A stretch of DNA of 64,000 nt, from assembly GCA_902785275.1 (NCBI GenBank), contig CACZYB010000001.1:192001-256000 (forward strand). The letters are read 5' to 3'. Position 1 is the stretch's first letter; the number at the start of each line of letters is the position of its first letter. The notes beneath the pieces were generated by a model. That model saw only the letters and a program-made list of their open reading frames with translations, did no database searches and was not told the DNA's origin. Made by a program: the position numbers and the translations under genes. This document shows, one piece after another, positions 18,452 to 28,162 of this stretch. This DNA is from an uncultured Pseudomonadota bacterium (GTDB lineage Bacteria; Pseudomonadota; Alphaproteobacteria; Rs-D84; CACZYB01).

Positions 18452-19396
18452 ATGAATTATTTAGAATTCTTTCATTTTGATAATCATCCCTTTGCTGGCG
18501 ATGAAAATCTTAACTATTTTTTCCCCAAAAAATATTTTCTAAAAATTACGGATGATATGATAAATTTCTGCAGATTTAAGGGAGGAATTTACATAATCAC
18601 CGGAAATACAGGTGTTGGAAAATCAACCCTACTTAACAATATTTTACAAACTTTGAATAATAATGATATCACTATTTCATTACAGGCAGATGAAAAAACT
18701 GATGTTTTAAAAATCATCGCAAATAAAATAGGTGTAGATAGTCGAAACATAAACTCTATTTTATCAAAACTTTCTACAATATACTCTGGCGGTAAAAACA
18801 TTATCATATCTATTGATAAGGCTGAAAATCTTTCAAAGGAAGAATTTGTAAATCTTTACTCCTTAATTAAGGTTATTCCAAACTTAAGGATTATTCTTTG
18901 CGGCAAAAAGACTTTGTATAAAACATTAAAACATAAAGCTGTAAGCCCAATAAAGAAATTTATTGTAAAAAAATTCAAAATCAAACATCCAAGCATTTTC
19001 CAAACCGTAAACTATATTTCATACATTGAAAAAAATGCTTTGGCTTTAAGTCAGTATAAACCAGTTATTTCAAAACCTTCATTATTTTTAATTGCACTAT
19101 GCACCAACAGAAATATCAAAAACATAAATTATATATCTGAAAAATCTTTGATTGATGCATTCACAAACAGACAAGAAAAAGTTCGCATCAAAAATGTTTT
19201 CTCTGTTATAAAGGAAAATTTTGATACTGTAAAATATAACATCTATCTTAAATTTCAAAAGTTTTTCTTTTTACTTCTTTTGATTTTCTCATTGTACTAT
19301 GCAATGAAAATAATATTGGATAGAAACGATTTGATTAACCACATAGAAGCACAAAAATCCATCCGCAAACAAGAACAAGAATTAAGGAATAATTAA
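18452..19396 (+). CDS. ExeA-like AAA ATPase with C-terminal membrane anchor (degenerate)
   Basis: YLEFFHFDNHPF N-terminus, GNTGVGKS Walker A, IDKAE in place of Walker B DE. Confidence 0.7.
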   Translation: MNYLEFFHFDNHPFAGDENLNYFFPKKYFLKITDDMINFCRFKGGIYIITGNTGVGKSTLLNNILQTLNNNDITISLQADEKTDVLKIIANKIGVDSRNINSILSKLSTIYSGGKNIIISIDKAENLSKEEFVNLYSLIKVIPNLRIILCGKKTLYKTLKHKAVSPIKKFIVKKFKIKHPSIFQTVNYISYIEKNALALSQYKPVISKPSLFLIALCTNRNIKNINYISEKSLIDAFTNRQEKVRIKNVFSVIKENFDTVKYNIYLKFQKFFFLLLLIFSLYYAMKIILDRNDLINHIEAQKSIRKQEQELRNN

Positions 19397-20596
19397 TTGT
19401 CAAACATAGGAAGACGTATTTCAAAAAACTCCTCTAACTCTTATGGTTGGATAAGAGATTTAAAGCGTGGTGAAGTAAAATTCAATAAACCTGTTGTTCT
19501 TTGCCTTGCGGGTGATGCAACACAGGATGATATTTCTGCAAATGGTATGGCAAAAGAAGCCGAAGATATACTTGGCAGAAACGGTATCACCGATAATGAT
19601 ATACAAATACTTTCGGTACAATACCCAAAGAAAAAACTTTATGCTAACCAATTTTCTATGGAACGACGTAGCTTTGCTGAACAATTTAACAATGATAGTG
19701 ATGAAATAAAAAATCCACAGTATATAAAGGATATTTACTCAATACTTTTTCAACCACTTATCATAAATGCAAAGGGTCAAAGATTCTCTTTTTCCGAAGC
19801 ACAATCAAAGTTCAGAAATCTTACCATATTTGCACATTGTCATGGAACATTTGTTTCCTGTAAATTAATGTCATATTTAAGGGAAGAAATGAAAAAATAT
19901 GGCTATAACGAAGACGAAATAAATTTATTAATGGGAGAAATTGTAAATATAGGTTTAAGCCCCCGAGTTGGTTTCCACCGAAATGACGGTTCATTAAAAT
20001 TTGGATTTACAATGCTTGATGATGCAATTGCATCCTACCTTTACCCAATATTAACAGAAAATTCTGGTAAAAATTGTGTAATATCAACACTTGGTCTTGG
20101 GTTAATAGAACACGAAAACGCAAATATGTATTTTTCAGGTGATAATCTTAACTACACAGATATAGACAATGATACTTTTTGCCTTTTGGATACAACCTTT
20201 ATGCATTGTGTAAATTGCTACACAGACGACGAATTTTATTACACAACAGAGACAAAAAGAACTCTAAATAAAAACAATGTCGGAAAAAATATTTCCCATT
20301 TAATAGTTCGAAGCCTACAAAATGCTGTTTCACTATCAAAACAAAATGTAAAAAGAACTGTTGAAAACATAATTTCAAACCAAACTCCTATAACATTTAA
20401 ACAGGGAAGCAAAGAACTTAATTCAAAGTTTTTAAATGTAAAATTCACTGGTAATAATGCATCATTCAAAAAAACTTTGGATGACTATACAAAGCAAGCA
20501 AAAGAAAAACGTTTCGAAAAAGCAGAAAATAAAATAAAAGACAAAGAAGTTGCCGAAATTTTAAAAACATCCATAACAAAATCGATTGAAAAATAA
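19397..20596 (+). CDS. Hypothetical protein (possible alpha/beta-hydrolase-like fold)
   Basis: 399-aa ORF; IFAHCHG resembles a nucleophile-elbow motif. Confidence 0.6.
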   Translation: MSNIGRRISKNSSNSYGWIRDLKRGEVKFNKPVVLCLAGDATQDDISANGMAKEAEDILGRNGITDNDIQILSVQYPKKKLYANQFSMERRSFAEQFNNDSDEIKNPQYIKDIYSILFQPLIINAKGQRFSFSEAQSKFRNLTIFAHCHGTFVSCKLMSYLREEMKKYGYNEDEINLLMGEIVNIGLSPRVGFHRNDGSLKFGFTMLDDAIASYLYPILTENSGKNCVISTLGLGLIEHENANMYFSGDNLNYTDIDNDTFCLLDTTFMHCVNCYTDDEFYYTTETKRTLNKNNVGKNISHLIVRSLQNAVSLSKQNVKRTVENIISNQTPITFKQGSKELNSKFLNVKFTGNNASFKKTLDDYTKQAKEKRFEKAENKIKDKEVAEILKTSITKSIEK

Positions 20597-20674
20597 TGGG
20601 GCGAGTGATCAGATTCGAACTGACGGCATCCAGTACCACAAACTGGCGCTCTAACCAACTGAGCTACACTCGCC
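20597..20674 (-). tRNA. tRNA-His(GTG) with encoded G-1 and C73
   Basis: G-GCGAGTG...TTGTGGT...CACTCGC-C-CCA. Confidence 0.96.
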
Positions 20675-20838
20675 ATAGTAAAGAATAACAGATTTATAAC
20701 CTAAAACTTTTGAAAAATCAAGAAAAAATCAAAAATTTCAAAATAAATACCGTTATATATCAAAAATTCTTGACTTTTACCTTGTTTTGTCTATAATTTG
20801 GTTTAAAAATAAAAAATAATGAAAGATAATAAACTATT

Positions 20839-21399
20839 ATGCGTAAAAATACAAAAAATAATGTTAAAAAATCCGACCATATAAACACATATCTAATTCT
20901 ATCTGCACTACTTGTAAGTGTTATTCTTGGAAATTATGTGTATGAAAGGGAAAATGATTTAAGAAATTCAGATTTTGAACTAAAGGAAAGCTATGTTCTA
21001 TCCGTCTTTAAAGATGTAGAATACAGATTAAAAGAAGATAATATAAAATCTCAAGAGAAAACTTTCAAAAGCGGAAGAAACGAATTATTCTACAACTATA
21101 CTATTATTTTTGATAGAAATAATGATAGAGTATTTGATCCAGAAAAGGATGAAATAATACAAATCACAAAACAACATCATATGGTTCCTGTTCAAAAAGG
21201 AGACCACGCTGTATACATAGAAAAAAGAAAAAAAGGAAAACTTCTTGATATAGAAGTTCTTGCATTAAAAGCAAACAATAATGTATATAATGTTTACCGT
21301 AATCCCGAAGACTTCTTTGATAAAAATTATTGGAAGAAAAATGAGTCTTTTAGACAAGCAATTAATTTGTTTTACAGTAAATATGCAAACCAAAAATAA
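20839..21399 (+). CDS. Membrane-anchored hypothetical protein
   Basis: N-terminal TM segment; paralog of the next gene. Confidence 0.7.
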   Translation: MRKNTKNNVKKSDHINTYLILSALLVSVILGNYVYERENDLRNSDFELKESYVLSVFKDVEYRLKEDNIKSQEKTFKSGRNELFYNYTIIFDRNNDRVFDPEKDEIIQITKQHHMVPVQKGDHAVYIEKRKKGKLLDIEVLALKANNNVYNVYRNPEDFFDKNYWKKNESFRQAINLFYSKYANQK

Positions 21400-21446
21400 A
21401 AATTTTATGTAAACATTATCCTACACAAATAAAAAAAGGATTTAAT

Positions 21447-21935
21447 ATGAATAAGAATTCTCAAAATTTAAAATACAAACTTAACCACATAACCGAAGGA
21501 AAAGGTCGCTTTGTCCTTGCTATTTTAATTTTGGGTTCTCTTAGTGCATTACTTAAAAATTCAAAGGATATCAGTAATAAAGAAAAATCATTTAACTTTG
21601 ATATAAAAGAAGCACCAATCCTTGAAAAATCAAATAACTTCAAAACATTTATCCTTGATACAGATAAAAATGGCATATATGAAAAAGACAAGGATATCGT
21701 AATAAGCGATACAACCTTAATCTTGCATAAATCTTCACAAAAAGGTGATACTATCGTTTATATCGAACGCGAAGGCTGGGAACGAAAAATTCTCGCGATA
21801 AAAAAGGTTGGTTCAAAACAATATAATATCATTAAACGTCCTACTGATATTTATTCAGAAAGAGCTTTGAAAAACAATAATTCTTTCAATAAAGTAAAAT
21901 TGATTTTTGCAAACAAATACGTAAATCAAAAATAA
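21447..21935 (+). CDS. Membrane-anchored hypothetical protein, paralog of 20839..21399
   Basis: Shared D-x-x-x-N/D...KD, QKGDxxVYIE, LAxK and KYxNQK* motifs. Confidence 0.7.
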   Translation: MNKNSQNLKYKLNHITEGKGRFVLAILILGSLSALLKNSKDISNKEKSFNFDIKEAPILEKSNNFKTFILDTDKNGIYEKDKDIVISDTTLILHKSSQKGDTIVYIEREGWERKILAIKKVGSKQYNIIKRPTDIYSERALKNNNSFNKVKLIFANKYVNQK

Positions 21936-22011
21936 AATTTTCTTGAAATTCCATATATAAGTGTTAAATAATATCCTTAGAATCTTTTTTTTAAAAAAAA
22001 GGAGGTTTGAC

Positions 22012-22197
22012 ATGAATATAGGAAGACGACACAAAGAAATTTCCAACTGGATTATCACCGCAGTAGAGGAACGAATGATTACACCATCAAAAGGTGCAAA
22101 ATTCGCACTTGAAGAAAATAATCTTAAAGAAAACAATAAGAAATATAAAAAATATCTATCTTTCCTAAAACAAATAAAAAGGGAAAAAACAAGATAG
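22012..22197 (+). CDS. Small basic hypothetical protein
   Basis: Strong AGGAGG RBS before ATG 22012. Confidence 0.55.
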   Translation: MNIGRRHKEISNWIITAVEERMITPSKGAKFALEENNLKENNKKYKKYLSFLKQIKREKTR

Positions 22198-22261
22198 TTT
22201 ACACCAATAAAAAAATACCTGCCGATTTTCCAGCAGGTATTAATTTTATATACTCTATGTA

Positions 22262-23377
22262 TTAAATTCTCATAGGCATCAAAACATAGATTGTTGATTC
22301 GTCATCAAGTTCCTTAATAATAGCAGGAGAAGAAGAATCAGAAATAACAAATTTCATAAATTTACCTTCTATCTGACCAGCAATATCAAGAAGATATCTT
22401 GAATTGAAACCAATTTCCATTGATTCGTTATCATATTCAACTTCTACATCTTCAACGGCACTACCTGAATCAGGTGTTGAAGCAGAAAGTGTAAGTTTTG
22501 CTTTTGAAAGTTTAAGTTTAATTGCTTTTGACTTTTCATAAGAAACAGATGAAACACGGTCAACAGCTTCACTAAACAATTTGCAATCAACTTCCATTTC
22601 CTTATCATTTGATGTAGGAATAACCTTTTCATAGTCAGGGAATTTTCCATCAATAAGTTTTGATGTAATTGTTGTATTACCAAATGTAAATCTTGCTTTT
22701 GTTTCACTTGTTTCAACTTTGATATCAGCAGAAGTATCATCAAGTTGAGCACGAAGTTCAGTAATAACTTTTCTTGGAACAATTATGCTTGGCATACCTT
22801 TTGCACCTTCAGGAGAAGCAACATCTTGTCTTGCAAGTCTGTGACCATCAGTAGCAACAGCACGAAGCAATTCTTTACCATCTTTTTCCAAAGTATGGAA
22901 GAAAATACCGTTCAAGAAATATCTTGTTTCTTCTGTTGAAACAGCAAACTTTGTTTTATCAATAAGCTTTATCAAATCATCACATGGAAGTGTAAATCTG
23001 AAAGGCATTGATGAACTTGTCATAACAGGAAAATCAGTTGCAGGAAGAGCAGGAAGAGTAAATTCTGAATTTCCAGCTTTAATCACAACGTTTGAATCAT
23101 CACTTGAAGTTTTAAGTTCAACATCAAAACCTTCAGGAAGTTTTCTTACGATATCATAAAGAACATGAACAGGAATTGTAATAGAACCTTTTTCATTTAT
23201 TGAACCTTCAACAACTTCAATAATTTCCAAATCTATATTTGTTGCTGTAAATTTCAATTCATCCCCAGCTTCGATTTTAACATTCGAAAGAACAGGAATA
23301 GTAGATTTTTTTTCAACGATTCTGTAAAGGTGTGAAAGTGTCTTTACAAGGTTAGATTTAGCAACTGTAATATACAT
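22262..23377 (-). CDS. dnaN: DNA polymerase III beta clamp
   Basis: ETRYFLNG, VATDGHRLA, GKFPDY, VLMPMRI. Confidence 0.98.
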   Translation of the reverse strand: MYITVAKSNLVKTLSHLYRIVEKKSTIPVLSNVKIEAGDELKFTATNIDLEIIEVVEGSINEKGSITIPVHVLYDIVRKLPEGFDVELKTSSDDSNVVIKAGNSEFTLPALPATDFPVMTSSSMPFRFTLPCDDLIKLIDKTKFAVSTEETRYFLNGIFFHTLEKDGKELLRAVATDGHRLARQDVASPEGAKGMPSIIVPRKVITELRAQLDDTSADIKVETSETKARFTFGNTTITSKLIDGKFPDYEKVIPTSNDKEMEVDCKLFSEAVDRVSSVSYEKSKAIKLKLSKAKLTLSASTPDSGSAVEDVEVEYDNESMEIGFNSRYLLDIAGQIEGKFMKFVISDSSSPAIIKELDDESTIYVLMPMRI

Positions 23378-23547
23378 AATTTATCTCCTTTTCTTTTTTG
23401 ATTCTGGTTTGATTCTAGTACCAAACATATACTAAAAGCAAGCAATAAATTTTTTATTTTTAAAAGAAAATAAATTACCGGAAAAATCAAATAATTGAAA
23501 AAGGGAAAAGCCCCCAAAAGGAGGCTTTTTAAAAACGAATCTTTTTA

Positions 23548-23823
23548 TTACCCACGAGGTCTATTATACGAAGACATCATAATTTTTACTGTTCTCATTT
23601 TTTGTTCATCAGAATAGCAATCATTCATTTCATCATAAAATTTTGAAAACTTACAATACCCCAAATTTTTACATCTTGAAGCCAAATTATTCTTTTGATA
23701 AACAATACAATTTCTACATTGCATAACAAAAGAACGCTTCTTAATATTTGTTGCATCATCTTTATAAAAACCAGTGTATTTAATAATCTTTGGACCTTTC
23801 ACTTCTTTCATAATATACCCCAC
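23548..23823 (-). CDS. Small Cys-containing hypothetical protein
   Basis: ORF flanked by terminator-like hairpins; CxxC...C..C. Confidence 0.5.
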   Translation of the reverse strand: MGYIMKEVKGPKIIKYTGFYKDDATNIKKRSFVMQCRNCIVYQKNNLASRCKNLGYCKFSKFYDEMNDCYSDEQKMRTVKIMMSSYNRPRG

Positions 23824-23890
23824 TTAATACGCTCAAAAAAAAGGGGGCAGAATAAAAAATTCTGTCGCCCAATTTTTTTATAATAAAAAA

Positions 23891-25195
23891 TTATTTTCTT
23901 ACTTTCATAAGGTCAGATGCAGAAACTTCTTTTTCCTTCATCTTTACCTTCGAAAGGATAACATCCAAAACTTTATCTTCAAAAATACCAGCCTTAATAC
24001 CTTCAGCAGCTTGAGGATTCTTTGTATAATATTCGAATACCTGTTGAGCTTGGTTTGGATATCTCATAGCTTCTTGCATAATTGCGTTTTGAATTTCGTT
24101 TTGATCAATCTTAATTTCGCTCTTCTTACCAATATCAGCAAGGATTAAACCAAGTTTAACACGAGAAGTAGCTTGTTTCTTAAGTTCTTCTTTCTTCTTT
24201 GCTTCTGCTTTTTCATCCATTTTTTCATTTGGATTTGCTTGTTTAAATTGAGCAAACATGAAATTAACTTCTTGATCAATCAAAGATTCTGGAACTTCGA
24301 TTTTTTCATCAGCAAGCTTATCTAAAACTTCATCTTTCATAAGGTTTTTAGAAGCTGTTTCATAGTTTTGTTCCAAAAGTTCTTTTACATAAACTTTTAA
24401 ATCAGCCAAATCTTTTCTTTTAAGATCAACAGCAAATTTATCATCTATTACTGGAACTTTCTTTTCTTTAATAGAATTGATTTTTACTTTGAATAAAGCT
24501 TTTGCACCAGCCAATTTTTCATGACCATAATCTTTTGGGAATTCAACGTTTACATCAACATCATCACCCTTTGATTTACCGATAAGTTGATCTTCGAATC
24601 CAGGGATAAATGCACCACTACCAAGTTCAAGTGGATAATTATCAGCTTTACCACCTTCAAATTCAACACCATCAACAGAACCAACAAAGTTGATATCAAC
24701 AACATCACCTTTTTTAGTTTTTCTATCTTCTGTAACTTCTTCAAAAGTATATCTTGAATTTGCGATATTTTGGATTGCTTCATCAATTTCTTTATCGCCA
24801 GCTTTTGCAACTTTCTTTTCAACAGAAATTTTTGAAAAATCGATATCTTTAATTTCTGGAATAATTTCAAAGTCAGCAGAGAATTTTAATGGTTCATTTC
24901 TTACAAAGCTATCAACTTTTACTTGAGGAGCAACAGCAGGATTAATTTTCTTTTCTTCACAGTAAGAAACTAATGTTTCATTGATAAGAGCGTTTAAAAC
25001 ATCACCAATGAAATGACCTTCGTATTTTGATCTAATAACATCCATAGGAACATGACCCTTACGGAAACCTTTTTCTTCATGATTTTTTGCAAATTCAGCA
25101 AGTTGTTCATTTAATTTTGTTTCAAAAACATCTGCTGGGATTTCAAAAGATAATTCGTATTTAATACCTTTAATTTTTTCTTTTATTGGTTGCAT
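23891..25195 (-). CDS. tig: Trigger factor
   Basis: GFRKGHVP, FKBP domain LGSGAFIPGFEDQL; follows tRNA-Leu. Confidence 0.97.
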   Translation of the reverse strand: MQPIKEKIKGIKYELSFEIPADVFETKLNEQLAEFAKNHEEKGFRKGHVPMDVIRSKYEGHFIGDVLNALINETLVSYCEEKKINPAVAPQVKVDSFVRNEPLKFSADFEIIPEIKDIDFSKISVEKKVAKAGDKEIDEAIQNIANSRYTFEEVTEDRKTKKGDVVDINFVGSVDGVEFEGGKADNYPLELGSGAFIPGFEDQLIGKSKGDDVDVNVEFPKDYGHEKLAGAKALFKVKINSIKEKKVPVIDDKFAVDLKRKDLADLKVYVKELLEQNYETASKNLMKDEVLDKLADEKIEVPESLIDQEVNFMFAQFKQANPNEKMDEKAEAKKKEELKKQATSRVKLGLILADIGKKSEIKIDQNEIQNAIMQEAMRYPNQAQQVFEYYTKNPQAAEGIKAGIFEDKVLDVILSKVKMKEKEVSASDLMKVRK

Positions 25196-25236
25196 TTTTA
25201 ATTCCTTGATTAAGGTTAGATTAATAATTTATTTAA

Positions 25237-25321
<85 letters not shown>

Positions 25322-25430
25322 AAATTTCATTTAACACCGATTATTTATATCACAAAAAAAAATAATTTCCATAAAAAAAATTAAAATTTTTAAAAATATG
25401 TGTTATAATACCATTCGTCTGGAGGGGAAA

Positions 25431-25910
25431 ATGAGACGTTTTTTGTGTATCATATTGTTTTTATTCACAAATTTACATTCAGCATACGCTGGAGAAGCTC
25501 GTTTTTCAGGTAATCCTATCCCTCGATTCGTTTCAATTGCAAAAACTCCTGCAAATACTCGTGTTGGTCCTGATATCAACTATCCTGTAAAATTTGTATA
25601 CCAATCAAAATACACTCCTGTAAGAGTTGTAAACGAATATTTCGGATGGTACCAAGTAGAAGATATAAATGGAGATCTTTCATGGATACATAAAAATTCA
25701 ATCGGAAAACCAAACTATGTTATGACACTACACGATGGTACAAAGCTTTATCAAAAGAAAAAATTAACCTCCAAAGTTATCGCAAAAGTTGATAAGGGAA
25801 CCACATTCAAAGTGTTAAAATGTTCCTCTGGTTTTTGTAAGGTTGAAACCACTTTCAATGGAACATTATTTACCGGATATTTAATTCAAGATAACCTATG
25901 GGGTATATAA
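25431..25910 (+). CDS. Bacterial SH3-domain protein
   Basis: Signal peptide; PRFVS...NTRVGP...WIH...LWG (alphaproteobacterial SH3_4 pattern). Confidence 0.88.
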   Translation: MRRFLCIILFLFTNLHSAYAGEARFSGNPIPRFVSIAKTPANTRVGPDINYPVKFVYQSKYTPVRVVNEYFGWYQVEDINGDLSWIHKNSIGKPNYVMTLHDGTKLYQKKKLTSKVIAKVDKGTTFKVLKCSSGFCKVETTFNGTLFTGYLIQDNLWGI

Positions 25911-25914
25911 GGAT

Positions 25915-26106
25915 ATGAACATATATTCATCATTGGTTTTATATCTGATATTTTCCACATTTATGTTTATCCTAAACAAAGCAAATATCGATAGGTATAA
26001 CCAAAAATGGATTCAATACACCTACCACGGATTAAAATACATTTTCTATCTATTTACATTAATAATTCTAATAAAAATAGTTTTGTTCATCATAAAAAAT
26101 TCTTAA
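25915..26106 (+). CDS. Small two-TM membrane protein
   Basis: AGGA RBS, two hydrophobic stretches. Confidence 0.5.
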   Translation: MNIYSSLVLYLIFSTFMFILNKANIDRYNQKWIQYTYHGLKYIFYLFTLIILIKIVLFIIKNS

Positions 26107-26710
26107 TACTAAAATCTTTTCTAACCAAAAATCTATTAAGTGTTATAACAGAAACCCCGCATTTTCTTGCTATTTTTCTTTTTGAAACCTTTTGCACCAT
26201 CATATCAAAAATAAATTTTTCTTTTCCTGTCAGTTTATAAATATTATTCTTACTTCCAACAGGCCGGCCAAGTTTCATCCCTTCTGATTTTCGTTTTGCC
26301 AAAGCTTCCCTTGTCCTTTCAGAAATACGTTCTCTTTCTATCTGAGCAGAAAAGGCAAACACCGTCATAATCATAAGACCTATTGCAGTATTTCCCAGTT
26401 CCAAATTTTCCTTCAAACAAAAAACTCTAACTTCCTTATCCGCAAATATTTTTGCAAGGCTATACATATCAATCATACTTCGTGAAAGTCGGGAAAGTTC
26501 CGAAACAATAACATAATCCCCCTTTTTTAAAACCCTAAGAAGTTTACCTAAATTTCGTTTTTTATAATTTACCGTTCCACTTACACCTTCATCGACATAT
26601 TCTTTTGATATTTTTATGTCACGATATTCACAATATTTTATAATTCCATACCTTTGATTTTCATAATCTTGTTCTTCTGTTGATACCCTTAAATAAGCAT
26701 AAACCGTCAT
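26090..26710 (-). CDS. Small serine recombinase (resolvase/invertase family)
   Basis: YAYLRVST catalytic Ser, ELSRLSRS, ERERISERT, GRP, C-terminal HTH. Confidence 0.95.
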   Translation of the reverse strand: MTVYAYLRVSTEEQDYENQRYGIIKYCEYRDIKISKEYVDEGVSGTVNYKKRNLGKLLRVLKKGDYVIVSELSRLSRSMIDMYSLAKIFADKEVRVFCLKENLELGNTAIGLMIMTVFAFSAQIERERISERTREALAKRKSEGMKLGRPVGSKNNIYKLTGKEKFIFDMMVQKVSKRKIARKCGVSVITLNRFLVRKDFSIKNFL

Positions 26711-26852
26711 TTTTTATTTTAATAAGCAAATACAAAAATTTAAAAGAACTTTCTTTGATAATTATATAGACGATTAAGACAAAGTCAAACCGTAAAAATA
26801 CCTTTCATTTTTCAAAAAAGGTGCTATAATAGGAAGGAGTAAGGAAACATTT

Positions 26853-27155
26853 ATGAAAAAAATGTTGTTTGCATTACTATTCTCTTTAAATGCATTAACA
26901 AATGTTTATGCACAAGTCCCAAGTTGGTATAATGGTGATATTGAACTTTATAATAAATTTATAAAAACTTGTAACATTGCACAAAAATCATGTCCCAATG
27001 AAACATATAATTGCAATAATGTAAAAAGTCAGGATGAGTTTTTTTCCTTAAACATTCGTGTCGGTTCATGTTTTCTTTCAATAAAAAATGAAACTATAAA
27101 ATCTAGAGATTACACACCTAGCAGTGCAATAGGAGTAGCAAGCGTACGTGGATAA
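26853..27155 (+). CDS. Small secreted Cys-containing protein
   Basis: Signal peptide ending VYA, 4 Cys, AGGAG upstream. Confidence 0.7.
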   Translation: MKKMLFALLFSLNALTNVYAQVPSWYNGDIELYNKFIKTCNIAQKSCPNETYNCNNVKSQDEFFSLNIRVGSCFLSIKNETIKSRDYTPSSAIGVASVRG

Positions 27156-27159
27156 AGAA

Positions 27160-28029
27160 ATGAAAAAAATATTGGCAATATTACTTGGAATAATTTCTTT
27201 TAACAGCACATCATTTGCTTATGACTTTTCCATTCTTCAATCAAAAATCGATAATGTAAAATCTGAATGTTCTGGAATAAAATCAAGTCTTGATACAATC
27301 TTTGGTTTAAGTGTTGCAACAACTGTATCAAGTGGAATTGGAACATTAACTTCAACTGGTGCTTTGGTTGCAGGCCTTAAAAAAAGAACTCAAGATTATA
27401 AACTTGACGAAGAAACATTACATAATGATATTGATCGTTTCATAGAAGATTATAACGCCCTTACAGAGGATATAAAAAACTCTATGAAAAAATCAGAAAC
27501 ACTTGGTAATGTTCGTTCTGCTTTACTTGCTGGAACAACTGTAACATCCGCTGTATCAACTGGAACATCAATCGGTACAACATTAACCGCATCAAAGCTT
27601 GCAGAAAAAATGTCTAATTGTAACAAATCATTACAAGCATTAAAAATTGCAAAATCTTCTACCGAAAGCGAAACAGAAGACAGTCTTGAACCAATCGATA
27701 GTACAATAATAGAAATTGCAAAAAATATTTTATCCACCTGTATTGGCTATGATGAATCAAATATAAAATCACTTAAAAATTTTGCCACCGCAAACGCTGT
27801 TGTTTCTGGAATCGGCACTGGTATTTCTGGTGTTGGAACCGCAACATCAATCATGGCAAACAAAACAAAAGATAAAGAAAAAAATAAAAAATTAGACACT
27901 GCTTCAAACATTTTATCTGGTGTTGCAATTGGCACATCTGGCACATCAACTACTCTTTCTGCTATTCAAATTTCGAAGGCTAAAAAAGACAGTTCCATAG
28001 CCGAAAAATGTGAAAATATTTTAAGATAA
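27160..28029 (+). CDS. Secreted protein with duplicated Gly/Ser/Thr-rich helical hairpins
   Basis: Signal peptide; two internal repeats (TVSSGIGT / VVSGIGT), each bracketed by Cys. Confidence 0.7.
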   Translation: MKKILAILLGIISFNSTSFAYDFSILQSKIDNVKSECSGIKSSLDTIFGLSVATTVSSGIGTLTSTGALVAGLKKRTQDYKLDEETLHNDIDRFIEDYNALTEDIKNSMKKSETLGNVRSALLAGTTVTSAVSTGTSIGTTLTASKLAEKMSNCNKSLQALKIAKSSTESETEDSLEPIDSTIIEIAKNILSTCIGYDESNIKSLKNFATANAVVSGIGTGISGVGTATSIMANKTKDKEKNKKLDTASNILSGVAIGTSGTSTTLSAIQISKAKKDSSIAEKCENILR

Positions 28030-28162
28030 TTTTTAATTAATAATTCCCATCACATAAGCAAAAAACCTGAATTTTTGTTAATTTTTTGACAACTTTATTT
28101 ACTTGACTTAGTTCTTTATATAGGTGTAAAATCCTAATTATAATAAGAGAAAGGATTTTATT

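Noticed and set aside
20485-20676. 63-aa minus-strand ORF
   Set aside because: It is a translation of tRNA-His plus the antisense of the upstream gene
26711-26852. Invertible promoter next to the serine recombinase
   Set aside because: No convincing inverted repeat pair found by eye
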